Source of the DNA: Acidimicrobiales bacterium
GTDB taxonomy: Bacteria; Actinomycetota; Acidimicrobiia; Acidimicrobiales; SZUA-35
Assembly: GCA_041576015.1 (NCBI GenBank)
Contig: JBFGLT010000003.1
Span: 1 to 51,995 of the forward strand
Direction: 5' to 3'
Length of the DNA stretch: 51,995 nucleotides
Both the position numbers and the translations under genes were made by a program. The notes under the pieces are model-generated. The model saw only the letters and a list, made by a program, of their open reading frames with translations, was not told the origin of the DNA and did not search any database. Below, piece after piece: positions 1 through 8,663 of the stretch (position 1 is the stretch's first letter; the number at the start of each line of letters is the position of its first letter).

Positions 1-837
1 CCCATCCTCACCGTCGACGACCTGGAAGCCGCTCGCCAGGAGATCGAGGCCGAGGGAAGGTCCCTCCGCTGCCTGGTCATCACCTCCCCCGACAACCCGA
101 CCGGCCTCGTCTACACAGCGGCAACGCTGGAGGCGATGGCCGATTGGTGCATCGCCCACGGCATCCACCTGATCGTCAACGAGATCTACGGGCTGTCGCT
201 GATCGACACCGACCACCCCGACCTGCGCACCGACTATTGCGAGCCAGAGCTCTTCTCGTCGTTCGGGAGGATCGTCGTCGAGCGGCGCAACGACCTGCTG
301 CATCACGTCTATGCATTCTCCAAGGACTTCGGTATCAGCGGATTCCGCATCGGCGTGATCCACTCCACCAACCGGGCCCTCCAGAGAGCGGTGACCATGC
401 TCAACACCGCCCACATGGTGTCCAACCACACCCAGTGGATTCTCGGCGAGGTCCTGGCCGATGAGGACTTCGTCGACTCGTACATCTCCCTGAGCCGGCA
501 ACGGTTGACCGAGGCCTATGCGGTGGTCGTGACCACGCTTCGCCGGTGCGCCATCGGCTATGTGCCCTCGCGGGGGAGCCTGTTCGTGTGGGCCGACTTC
601 TCCGAGTTCCTGGACGAGCCGACGGCCGAAGGGGAGCGGCGCCTGTGGAACGACCTCTACCGTCAGGCCGGGGTACTGATCACGCCCGGCGAGGGGTTCG
701 GGCACTCCAAGCGGGGGCTGTTCCGGATCGTCTTCCCCGGCATACCGGTCGAGCAGCTTCCCACCGCCATGGACCGCCTGGAGCGATTCGTCGAGCACCG
801 CCGAGCAGCGGACCTCCCGGCCAGCCGGGACAGGTGA
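1..837 (+). CDS. Fold-type I PLP-dependent aminotransferase class I/II, ACC-synthase-like (5' truncated by window edge)
   Basis: Frame is open from base 1. Motifs SPDNPTG, HLIVNEIY, PLP-lysine motif FSKDFGISGFRIG and C-terminal GLFRI. Confidence 0.85.
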   Translation, partial: PILTVDDLEAARQEIEAEGRSLRCLVITSPDNPTGLVYTAATLEAMADWCIAHGIHLIVNEIYGLSLIDTDHPDLRTDYCEPELFSSFGRIVVERRNDLLHHVYAFSKDFGISGFRIGVIHSTNRALQRAVTMLNTAHMVSNHTQWILGEVLADEDFVDSYISLSRQRLTEAYAVVVTTLRRCAIGYVPSRGSLFVWADFSEFLDEPTAEGERRLWNDLYRQAGVLITPGEGFGHSKRGLFRIVFPGIPVEQLPTAMDRLERFVEHRRAADLPASRDR

Positions 838-864
838 CGACGTCACCCGGGACTGAGACGGCGA

Positions 865-2106
865 TCAATCCACGATCGCCTGGTAGATCAGGTTGCGGAA
901 CAGGCGATCGGGGTTCTCGGGACCCGTCATGTACTGGCTCATGAACACGCCGGTCAGTTGCTCGGCCGGGTCGACCCAGAAGTACGTCTTGGCGGCACCG
1001 GCCCAGCCGTACTCGCCGACCGACCCCGGGGCCGGGAACTGACCGGGGTCGATCAGAACCCGGGATCCGAGTCCGAAGCCCATCCCCGGCTGTGGCAATC
1101 CCATGATCTCCCACGGGACGAACGCAGCCGGAATGTGGTTGGTGTGCATCATGGCGAGGGTCGTGCGGCTGAGCAGGCGGACCCCGTCGAGCTGGCCGCC
1201 CCCGAGCAGCAGCTGGGCAAACCGGTGGTAGTCGTCGATGGTCGAGAACAGGCCGACACCGCCGCGTTGAAACGTGGCGGGTGAGTCGGTCGGGTAAGTG
1301 GCTGAGACGTCGATCCGTTCGTTGAACCCGGCCAGCGCCGCCTCGACGAGCTTGGTGGCCGAGTATCCCTCTCCGACCAGGTCGGGAAGACCGTACATGG
1401 CCGCCAGCCGGTCGCGGTTCTCCGTAGGGACCCCGAATCCCGTGTCGGCCATGCCGAGTGGCTCGAAGATGCGCTCGCGCAGGAACTCGCCAAGCGGCCG
1501 ATCGGCAAGGATCTCGATCAACCGTCCGGCGACGTCGATCCCGACGCTGTAATGCCACCGCTGGCCCGGGTGGAAGGCCAGCGGCAGCTCGGCGATCGCG
1601 TCGGTCAACTCGGCCAGCGTTCGGGAAGGATCGTTCATGATTCGGGCGTCGCGGTACATGGTGCACACCGGCGAGTCCTCCAGGAAGTCGTAGGTCAGTC
1701 CGCTCGTGTGGGTGAGGAGATGACGAACGTCCATCGGGCCGAGAGGGTCGACCAGGGTGCCGTCGTCGAGCACCTTCACGTTCCAGAAGGCGGGGAGGTA
1801 TCGGGCCACCGGATGATCGAGCTGGAAGGCGCCCTCCTCGTGGAGCATCATCAACGCCGTCGTGACGATCGGTTTGGTCATCGAGTAGATCCGGAAGATC
1901 GTGTCGGTAGTCATCGGGAGGTCGGCTTCTCGATCACGGTGTCCGTAGAGCCCGCGGTGCACGATCTGGCCCCGGCGGGCGGCGAGCGTGCTGATCCCGG
2001 CGACGATCCCGTCGTCGACGTGGCGGCGCATCACGCGGTCGATGTTCGCCAGGCGGTCTGCGCTCATCCCGACCGCCTCGGGTTCGGATCGATGGGTGGA
2101 CGGCAT
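865..2106 (-). CDS. Serine hydrolase, beta-lactamase/esterase family (AmpC-like fold)
   Basis: FRIYSMTK (SxxK), LLTHTSG, WHYS and GWAGAA motifs. ATG at 2106 is preceded by TATCGT at a 6-nt gap (leaderless). Confidence 0.88.
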   Translation of the reverse strand: MPSTHRSEPEAVGMSADRLANIDRVMRRHVDDGIVAGISTLAARRGQIVHRGLYGHRDREADLPMTTDTIFRIYSMTKPIVTTALMMLHEEGAFQLDHPVARYLPAFWNVKVLDDGTLVDPLGPMDVRHLLTHTSGLTYDFLEDSPVCTMYRDARIMNDPSRTLAELTDAIAELPLAFHPGQRWHYSVGIDVAGRLIEILADRPLGEFLRERIFEPLGMADTGFGVPTENRDRLAAMYGLPDLVGEGYSATKLVEAALAGFNERIDVSATYPTDSPATFQRGGVGLFSTIDDYHRFAQLLLGGGQLDGVRLLSRTTLAMMHTNHIPAAFVPWEIMGLPQPGMGFGLGSRVLIDPGQFPAPGSVGEYGWAGAAKTYFWVDPAEQLTGVFMSQYMTGPENPDRLFRNLIYQAIVD

Positions 2107-2190
2107 GAGTCGACGATAGTTGGGGTGGTCCACCCCGGCGCTGCTCGAATCCCGGTTGCCCGCCACCGTCCATGCTGTGAGACTGCCCGA

Positions 2191-3126
2191 GTGCACGGAT
2201 CCTCCGAGGCGCCGGTCGTCGCCAACCACCTGACCAAGCGATTCGGGGACTTCACCGCCGTCGACGCGATCGACGTCACCGTGACCAGAGGGGAGGCGTT
2301 CGGGTTTCTCGGTCCCAACGGGGCCGGGAAGACCTCCACCATGCGGATGATCGGATGCGTCTCGCCCGTGACCGAGGGGACATTGCGCATCTTCGGGATG
2401 GAGCCGGCCACAAACGGCAGAGCGATTCGAGCTCGGATGGGGGTGGTTCCCCAGGCCGACCAGCTCGACAGGGACTTGACCGTTCTCGAGAACCTCGTCA
2501 TCTACGGTCGCTATTTCGATCTGCCACGGCGGGAGGCCCGTTACCGCGCCGCCGAGCTGCTCCAGTTCGTGCAACTCGTCGACAAGACCGAGAGCAAGGT
2601 GGAGTCCCTCTCGGGCGGGCAGCGGAGGAGGGTGAGCATCGCTCGGTCCCTCATCAACAACCCGGATCTGCTGCTTCTCGACGAACCCACCACCGGGCTC
2701 GATCCCCAGGCGCGCCACGTGCTTTGGGACCGCCTGTACCTGCTGAAGGAGCAGGGCGCCACCCAGGTCATCACCACCCACTTCATGGACGAGGCCGAGC
2801 AACTATGCGATCGGCTCGTCGTGATGGACGGCGGCCGCATCGTCGCCGAAGGCTCACCACGGGGCCTGATCGGCGAACACGTGCGTCGCGAGGTCCTCGA
2901 GCTCCGGTTCGGTTACGGCCAGAACGAGGACAAGCTCGAGCTGCTCCGGGGAATCGGCGGACGCACCGAGGTGCTTCCCGATCGCCTGCTCATTTACGAC
3001 GACGACGGTGAGGCGGCCCTCTCCGAGGTGCACCGGCGGGGAATGAACCCGGGGAGCGCCCTGGTCCGCCGCAGCAGCCTCGAGGACGTGTTCCTCAAGC
3101 TCACCGGGAGGACCCTGATCGAATGA
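2191..3126 (+). CDS. ABC-2 type exporter ATP-binding subunit (NodI/DrrA-like)
   Basis: Walker A GPNGAGKT, signature LSGGQ, Walker B LLLLDEP, H-loop TTH. GTG start chosen within ORF 1552..3126. Confidence 0.92.
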   Translation: MHGSSEAPVVANHLTKRFGDFTAVDAIDVTVTRGEAFGFLGPNGAGKTSTMRMIGCVSPVTEGTLRIFGMEPATNGRAIRARMGVVPQADQLDRDLTVLENLVIYGRYFDLPRREARYRAAELLQFVQLVDKTESKVESLSGGQRRRVSIARSLINNPDLLLLDEPTTGLDPQARHVLWDRLYLLKEQGATQVITTHFMDEAEQLCDRLVVMDGGRIVAEGSPRGLIGEHVRREVLELRFGYGQNEDKLELLRGIGGRTEVLPDRLLIYDDDGEAALSEVHRRGMNPGSALVRRSSLEDVFLKLTGRTLIE

Positions 3127-3181
3127 CCCCGATGCCCACGACCTCACCCCCGCCGCGACACCCGTCACCGACTCCGATCCG

Positions 3182-3970
3182 ATGAACCGGAGGGCGCCGG
3201 CGGCGATACGCGTCTACGAGCGGGACTGGACCTACTTCACTCAGGTGCTCACCGGCGTGTTGCTCAGCTCGCTGGTCCAGCCGCTGCTCTATCTCCTCGG
3301 TGTGGGTATCGGCGTCGGGAACCTCGTCGACCGCTCGGTGGCATCGACCGAGGTCCTGGGCGGCCAGCCCTACTTCGCGTTCTATGCCACCGCCCTCATC
3401 GCCACCACCTCTATGTTCGTCCAGGGCCAGGAAGCCCTTTGGCCGACGATGGACGGGTTCAAGTACTCCAACAGCTACCGGGCGATGATCGCCACGCCGG
3501 TCGAGCCCCGGGACATCGTCTTCAGCCGGATGCTTCACTACTCGGTGCGGGGCGTCGTCACCTGCTCGGGGGTCGCCCTGGTCCTCGCGCTGTTCGACGA
3601 CACCCGCTCCTGGGGGCTCATCGCCGCCGTTCCAGCCGGGACCCTCACCGGACTGGCGTTCGCCATGCCCATCGCCACCTGGACAGCCACCAGGGAGGGC
3701 GACATCTCGTTCGCAGCCATCATCCGATTCGGGCTGATCCCCATGTTCCTCTTCGGCGGCGCCTTCTACCCGGTCTCCCTGCTCCCCGAATGGCTCCAAC
3801 CGGTCGCGTGGGTCACTCCGTTGTGGCACGGGATCGAACTCGTTCGGGGCCTGGTGCTCGGCGGTCGGTCGGTCGTCGCGCTGCTGGGCCACCTCCTCGT
3901 GCTGGCCGCCTTCGTGGTCGCCGGGACCCAGGCGGCCGCCGTCGCCTTCGACAGGAGGCTGCGGGTATGA
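3182..3970 (+). CDS. ABC-2 type exporter permease (NodJ-like)
   Basis: About 6 hydrophobic segments, PMFLFGGAFYP and TPLWHG motifs; follows the ATPase. True start may be 3123 (see frameshift finding). Confidence 0.88.
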   Translation: MNRRAPAAIRVYERDWTYFTQVLTGVLLSSLVQPLLYLLGVGIGVGNLVDRSVASTEVLGGQPYFAFYATALIATTSMFVQGQEALWPTMDGFKYSNSYRAMIATPVEPRDIVFSRMLHYSVRGVVTCSGVALVLALFDDTRSWGLIAAVPAGTLTGLAFAMPIATWTATREGDISFAAIIRFGLIPMFLFGGAFYPVSLLPEWLQPVAWVTPLWHGIELVRGLVLGGRSVVALLGHLLVLAAFVVAGTQAAAVAFDRRLRV

Positions 3971-4779
3971 CCGCGGTCAATCCGGCGTCCCACACCCGCA
4001 TCGTGCCCGGTGTCGTGTTCGACATCCGACGCCCCCACCGGATGATGGAGCGCGCCGCCATGGTCTACCGCCGCACGTGGCTCATCCTCATCACCGGATT
4101 CTTCGAACCGCTCTTCTACCTGCTCTCGGTACGCATCGGCCTGTCCGGCCTGATCGGCGAGATCGACGTCGGGACCCGGCTGGTGCCCTACGTCGAGTAC
4201 GTCGCACCGGGGCTGATGGCCGCATCGGCGATGAACGGGGCGGTGTTCGACTCGACGATGAACGTGTACTTCAAGCTCAAGCACGAGCGGCTGTACGACA
4301 CCGTGCTCACCACTCCGATGTCGGCGGGCGACGTAGCGCTCGGCGAGATCGGGTTCGCCGTGGTGCGGGGTGGGCTGTACTCGGTCGCCTTCCTTGCGAC
4401 GATGTGGCTGCTCGGGCTCACCGCGTCGGGCTGGGTGATCCTGGCCATCCCGGCATGCCTCCTCATCGGCTATGCCTTCGCGTCAGTGGGCATGGCCCTC
4501 ACCACCTTCATGCGCTCGTGGGAGGACTTCGAGTACGTGCCGGCCGCTACCGTGCCGCTCTTTCTCTTCTCCGCCACCTTCTATCCGGTCTCCCAGTACG
4601 GGGACTGGCAGTGGGCAGTCCAGCTGAGCCCTCTTTACCATGGCGTCGAGCTGGTCCGGGCCGCCAACCTCGGCGTGTGGGACAGCTCGATCCCCGGCCA
4701 CATCGCCGTGCTGACGGTCCTGGCCTTCGTCGGGTCGGTGGTCGCCGCCCGCCGCATCGAGCGTCTATTGCTCACGTAA
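3967..4779 (+). CDS. ABC-2 type exporter permease, second subunit
   Basis: ATGA overlap with the previous stop; PLFLFSATFYP and SPLYHG motifs. Confidence 0.88.
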   Translation: MTAVNPASHTRIVPGVVFDIRRPHRMMERAAMVYRRTWLILITGFFEPLFYLLSVRIGLSGLIGEIDVGTRLVPYVEYVAPGLMAASAMNGAVFDSTMNVYFKLKHERLYDTVLTTPMSAGDVALGEIGFAVVRGGLYSVAFLATMWLLGLTASGWVILAIPACLLIGYAFASVGMALTTFMRSWEDFEYVPAATVPLFLFSATFYPVSQYGDWQWAVQLSPLYHGVELVRAANLGVWDSSIPGHIAVLTVLAFVGSVVAARRIERLLLT

Positions 4780-4797
4780 TCGTATTCGCAACGCTGA

Positions 4798-6378
4798 TCA
4801 GACCATCGGTGCTCTGATGCGACCGCCCCGCCGGCCGTAGGCACTCGGGAACCGGGCGAGGAAGGCGATGGCCAGGCGGAGCTCGCGGTCGTCCACGCAC
4901 TCTCCGATCTTGTGAGTGTTCTGTTCGATGCCGGGGCCAAACCCGAACATCGGGGGGTGATGGACGCTTCCGGCTGCGACCCAGTCCTTCGACGCCGGCA
5001 CATCAATTCCGGATGAGTCGATCGGCACCGGGAAGCCGACACCGTCGGTCGAGAAGATCCACCGGTCGACGCGAGGTTCGGTCCGGAACCCGCCGGCGGT
5101 ACCGGCGTCCACCTGTGGGCTGACCACCGACTCGTAGACCTCGACGGCGGTGGTGATCGCATCGTGATCCTCGGGGGTGGCCCAGCCCGGGTAGATCTGA
5201 GAGTTTCCCGGCGAATGCCCACGCCAGGTCGTCCCGCCGTACACGGGAACCCTGACGACAACATCGAGGCCGGCCGCCCGAGCCAGCGCGACGCTGTCGA
5301 GTTGCTCCACGTCGGACAACGCAGCGGCCGGCTCCTCACCGGCGGTCAGACGTCGATCGAACCGGAAGGTGAACCGATCCGGGACGGCGCAGTCGCTCGG
5401 CGTTTCCAGGTTGGCCCACGATGCGGTCCTCGTCCCGTGTCCCAGGAAGGCGTCGTCGGCGAAGCCGTCACGGTCGTCGTAGCGGCGAGCGGCCTCGGCG
5501 ATGATGGCCGCCCCGAATTCGAGCGGGTTGAGCCCTTCCCACGGCATCGATCCATGGCAGGACCGCCCGGTCACCTCGACCTCGATCTGCATGCGACCGC
5601 GCTGACCGCGATAGATCCCCAGCGCCCCCTTGTGGGCATCGCCGGTGCCCTCGGTGAGAATCACGACGTCGGGAATCAGGTCGACGGTGGCGCCCGGCAG
5701 TTCGTGGCGCATCAGATACATCGGACCGCCCCCGTCGTTGTCCTCCTCGCAGGCCGTGGCGTAGCTGCGGATGATCACGCCGGCCAGCGCTCCGTCAGGG
5801 GCCAGTTCGAGGGCGATTCTCGTGGCGATGATCTGGGCCACGACGCCGGCGAGCTGGTCGGCCGCACCGCGTCCGAAGATCAGATGATCCCACTCGTCGT
5901 CGGGAGGGAGATGACCGAGTTCGGCTCGTAGGGCGGCGCGATCGATCGCCGGGGAGTCGATCACTCCGTCATAGGCGTCGAGCCCACCGAGTCGGCTCCG
6001 CCACGCCTGGCGGAGGGCCTTGACCGTGTCGGTGTGACCGTCGAAATAGACCACTCGCTTGTCGTCGGGCAGGACACCGTCCTCTGGATCGAACACGGTC
6101 CAGACAAGGTTGCCGTAGTCGTCGAAGCGAACGTCCTCGGCGAAGCGAACTGCACCGACGTCGATGATCGTCTGCCGCAGGAACTCAAGCCTCGGGCCTT
6201 CGTGGTTGCTCAGGCCGCACAGCGGGTCGCCGCCCTCGTCGACCGGTCGGTCGACGTAGTCGGCCGGGATGCGGATCGCCTCCCGCAGAATGGCCGCCGC
6301 CATCGGCAGATCCCTCGCCGCCAGCTCGGCTACACGGGCGTCGAGGTGGTGCTCGGCGGAGTCGTTCAGGGTCGTCAT
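4798..6378 (-). CDS. M20-family metallohydrolase, YgeY-like
   Basis: FDGHTD, GRGAADQ, CEED, IYRGQRGRMQIEV and GRSCHGSMP motifs plus C-terminal THK; coupled to ygeW. Confidence 0.8.
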   Translation of the reverse strand: MTTLNDSAEHHLDARVAELAARDLPMAAAILREAIRIPADYVDRPVDEGGDPLCGLSNHEGPRLEFLRQTIIDVGAVRFAEDVRFDDYGNLVWTVFDPEDGVLPDDKRVVYFDGHTDTVKALRQAWRSRLGGLDAYDGVIDSPAIDRAALRAELGHLPPDDEWDHLIFGRGAADQLAGVVAQIIATRIALELAPDGALAGVIIRSYATACEEDNDGGGPMYLMRHELPGATVDLIPDVVILTEGTGDAHKGALGIYRGQRGRMQIEVEVTGRSCHGSMPWEGLNPLEFGAAIIAEAARRYDDRDGFADDAFLGHGTRTASWANLETPSDCAVPDRFTFRFDRRLTAGEEPAAALSDVEQLDSVALARAAGLDVVVRVPVYGGTTWRGHSPGNSQIYPGWATPEDHDAITTAVEVYESVVSPQVDAGTAGGFRTEPRVDRWIFSTDGVGFPVPIDSSGIDVPASKDWVAAGSVHHPPMFGFGPGIEQNTHKIGECVDDRELRLAIAFLARFPSAYGRRGGRIRAPMV

Positions 6379-7517
6379 CCTCGGGCCTCCTGTTCCAGTT
6401 GGGTGAGCGTGCCGGCGAGATCGGGAACCTTGGCGACGGCCAGCAGTGCCATCACGACGTAGACCTTCCAGTTGGCCTCCCGGGCCACGTTGACCCGATG
6501 GTGGGCCATCACCTCAGGGCTGACCTCGGCGCCGATGTCGGCCGGAAGGCAGTGGAGGTAGAGGGCGTCACCACCGACGGTGAGTCCCATGCGGCGTTCG
6601 TCGCAGATCCAATCGGTGTGGCCGGCGTTGCGTTGGAGGGCACGGGCCTCGATCGCCGCCAGCTCGGCGTGGTCTCCGGCCGCATTGGCGTCGACCCGCT
6701 CGAGCATCAAGTCGTAGGCTCCCCAGCTCTTTGGATAGACGACGTCGGCGCCTGTGAAGGCCTCGTCCATGTCGTCGACGATACGAAACGATCCGCCGTT
6801 GCGGGCGTTCTCCTCGGCGGCGATGAGGGTTGCGTCGGTGAGCCGGTAGCCGGGCGGATGGGCCAGCGTGACGTTGGCGCCGACCCGGGTGAGGAGCGTC
6901 ACCAGACCCTGGGGCACCGAGAGTGGCTTGGCGTAGGACGGTGAGTAGGCCCAGCTGACCGTGATGTTGCGGCCGGCCACGTGGCCCAGATTGTCCTCCA
7001 GCCACAGGAGATCGGCGAGGGTCTGGGTCGGATGGTCGACATCGCACTGAAGGTTGACGACCGGCACTGCCCGGGGATCGGTGGTGGCAGCGAGATAGTC
7101 GTCGATGCCTCGTTTGATGTCGCGAATGAAGATGTTCCCCTCGCCCAGGATCAGGTCGTGGCGGATACCCATGGCGTGGGCGTTCATGCCGAGCATGGCG
7201 CCGGTTTCTTCGGCTGTTTCCCCGTGTGAGACCTGAGTGCTCGAGCCGTCGACGATCACCGGCTGCATGCCGAGTCGGGCGGCCGCGCCGGCCCAGGCGC
7301 TCTTGGTACGGGTGGACTGGTCGAAGAAGACTGCCCACGCCAGTTGGTTGGCCAGGAGCGGCAGCGGCACACCGCTTCGATCGAGATCGGCCAGCACCCT
7401 GGCCACCGCCCTCACGTGGTCGAGGTGGGCGATCGGCCATTCCTGGGTGGTCAGCAGGCTCTGACGGTAGAGCGGTTCGAGGTCGTGGCTCTCGAGCCTG
7501 ACGGTCGCAGTGCTCAT
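6375..7517 (-). CDS. ygeW: Knotted carbamoyltransferase, YgeW family
   Basis: STRT, QCDVDHPTQ, WAYSPSYAKPLSVPQG, YPKSW and HCLPAD motifs are characteristic of YgeW; ATGA coupling at both ends. Confidence 0.88.
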   Translation of the reverse strand: MSTATVRLESHDLEPLYRQSLLTTQEWPIAHLDHVRAVARVLADLDRSGVPLPLLANQLAWAVFFDQSTRTKSAWAGAAARLGMQPVIVDGSSTQVSHGETAEETGAMLGMNAHAMGIRHDLILGEGNIFIRDIKRGIDDYLAATTDPRAVPVVNLQCDVDHPTQTLADLLWLEDNLGHVAGRNITVSWAYSPSYAKPLSVPQGLVTLLTRVGANVTLAHPPGYRLTDATLIAAEENARNGGSFRIVDDMDEAFTGADVVYPKSWGAYDLMLERVDANAAGDHAELAAIEARALQRNAGHTDWICDERRMGLTVGGDALYLHCLPADIGAEVSPEVMAHHRVNVAREANWKVYVVMALLAVAKVPDLAGTLTQLEQEARG

Positions 7518-8479
7518 CGGTCCAGTCCTCCTCGTGTGATCCGGGTACCCGCCCGCTTGTCGAGGGCGGTCACGATGTCCTCGGGGAGGCAGACGATCGC
7601 CTCTCCGTCCACAGCGGCGAGGTAGTCGACGACCGCCTCGATCTTGGGTCGCATGCTGCCGGGAGGGAACTGGCCGGCGGCGAGCAGGGAACGGGCCTCG
7701 TCGATGGTGAGGTGCGCTCGGCGTATCGGCGCACCGGTGTAGAAGTCCTCGTACACCGCATCGACGCTCGTGGTAATCACGAACCGGGTGGCGGCGAGAT
7801 GGACGGCCAGGAGCATGCTGACTCGGTCCTTGTCGATCACCGCCTCCTGTCCGATGATGTCGCCGTCGGGCCCGGCGCTGACGGGGATCCCGCCGCCACC
7901 ACAGCAGATGACGGTGATCCCGAGCGACGCGAGCTTGGCGATCGTGTCGATCTGCACGATGCGGCGGGGGATCGGTGACGGCACAACGCGGCGCACCCCC
8001 CGCTTGGGGTCTGATATCGTCGGCCACCCCCGCTCACGCACCAGGATCTCGGCCTCCTCCGGCGAGTAGAACCGGCCGATCGGTTTGTCCGGGTGCTCGA
8101 AAGCCGGGTCGGCGGGGTCGACCTCGACTTCGGTCACGACCGTCACGATCGGGCTGTCCAGTCCGCGGCTTCGAAGCTCGGCTCGGAGGGCCCGCTCGAT
8201 CATGTAGCCCATCGCACCCTGGCTGTCGGCGACGAGGGAATCGAGCGGCACCTCGGGCAACGTGTCCCTGGCCAGCTCCGATCGAAGCTGGAGAAACCCC
8301 ACCTGGGGGCCGTTGCCGTGGGTCAGCACCAGACGGTCGCCCCGCTCGAGCAGGTCGGCGATCGTCGCCATCGCCACCCGGGTGACGGCGAACTGGTTGG
8401 CGACGGTCGGCGGTCGGTCCGGATCGAGAAGCGAGTGGCCTCCGATGGCGATGACCGTCGATCCAGCGGCAGCGGTCAT
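7514..8479 (-). CDS. arcC: Carbamate kinase
   Basis: THGNGPQVG, KPIG, RRVVPSP, GGGGIPV, EAVIDKD and PGSMRPK motifs; GAGGG-type RBS upstream of ATG 8479. Confidence 0.92.
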   Translation of the reverse strand: MTAAAGSTVIAIGGHSLLDPDRPPTVANQFAVTRVAMATIADLLERGDRLVLTHGNGPQVGFLQLRSELARDTLPEVPLDSLVADSQGAMGYMIERALRAELRSRGLDSPIVTVVTEVEVDPADPAFEHPDKPIGRFYSPEEAEILVRERGWPTISDPKRGVRRVVPSPIPRRIVQIDTIAKLASLGITVICCGGGGIPVSAGPDGDIIGQEAVIDKDRVSMLLAVHLAATRFVITTSVDAVYEDFYTGAPIRRAHLTIDEARSLLAAGQFPPGSMRPKIEAVVDYLAAVDGEAIVCLPEDIVTALDKRAGTRITRGGLDR

Positions 8480-8609
8480 GTCGTCGGTGTTCCCCTCACG
8501 CTCCGATGCTGGGATTGGATGAGCGAGACGAGAAGGGTGGGAAGTCCTCCGCCCGCTGCCCGGCCGGGCCGTTTCGCTCGCCCGGCCATCCGAACATCCC
8601 GCTGTTCTG

Positions 8610-8652
8610 TCGTCGGTGGGCGACAATCGACGGTTCTGTCGGCTGGGGACAA
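8610..8652 (-). promoter_or_regulatory. Two tandem 17-bp boxes (TTGTCC-N5-CGACAG and TTGTCG-N5-CGACGA), putative transcription-factor sites upstream of arcC-ygeW-ygeY
   Basis: Imperfect 6-5-6 inverted repeats at 8636-8652 and 8610-8626 in the intergenic region. Confidence 0.4.
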
Positions 8653-8663
8653 CACGGAATGTG

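Noticed and set aside
865-2106. Antibiotic-resistance beta-lactamase call
   Set aside because: The motifs fit the broad esterase/serine hydrolase family; nothing specific for beta-lactam hydrolysis.
2191-4779. Nod-factor export (nodIJ) or symbiosis interpretation, also tempting given the moc-like genes
   Set aside because: NodIJ-like ABC-2 systems are widespread in Actinobacteria, and no nodABC or mos genes are present.
4798-7517. Selenocysteine recoding in the selenium-linked ygeY/ygeW genes
   Set aside because: Both frames are open with no in-frame TGA.
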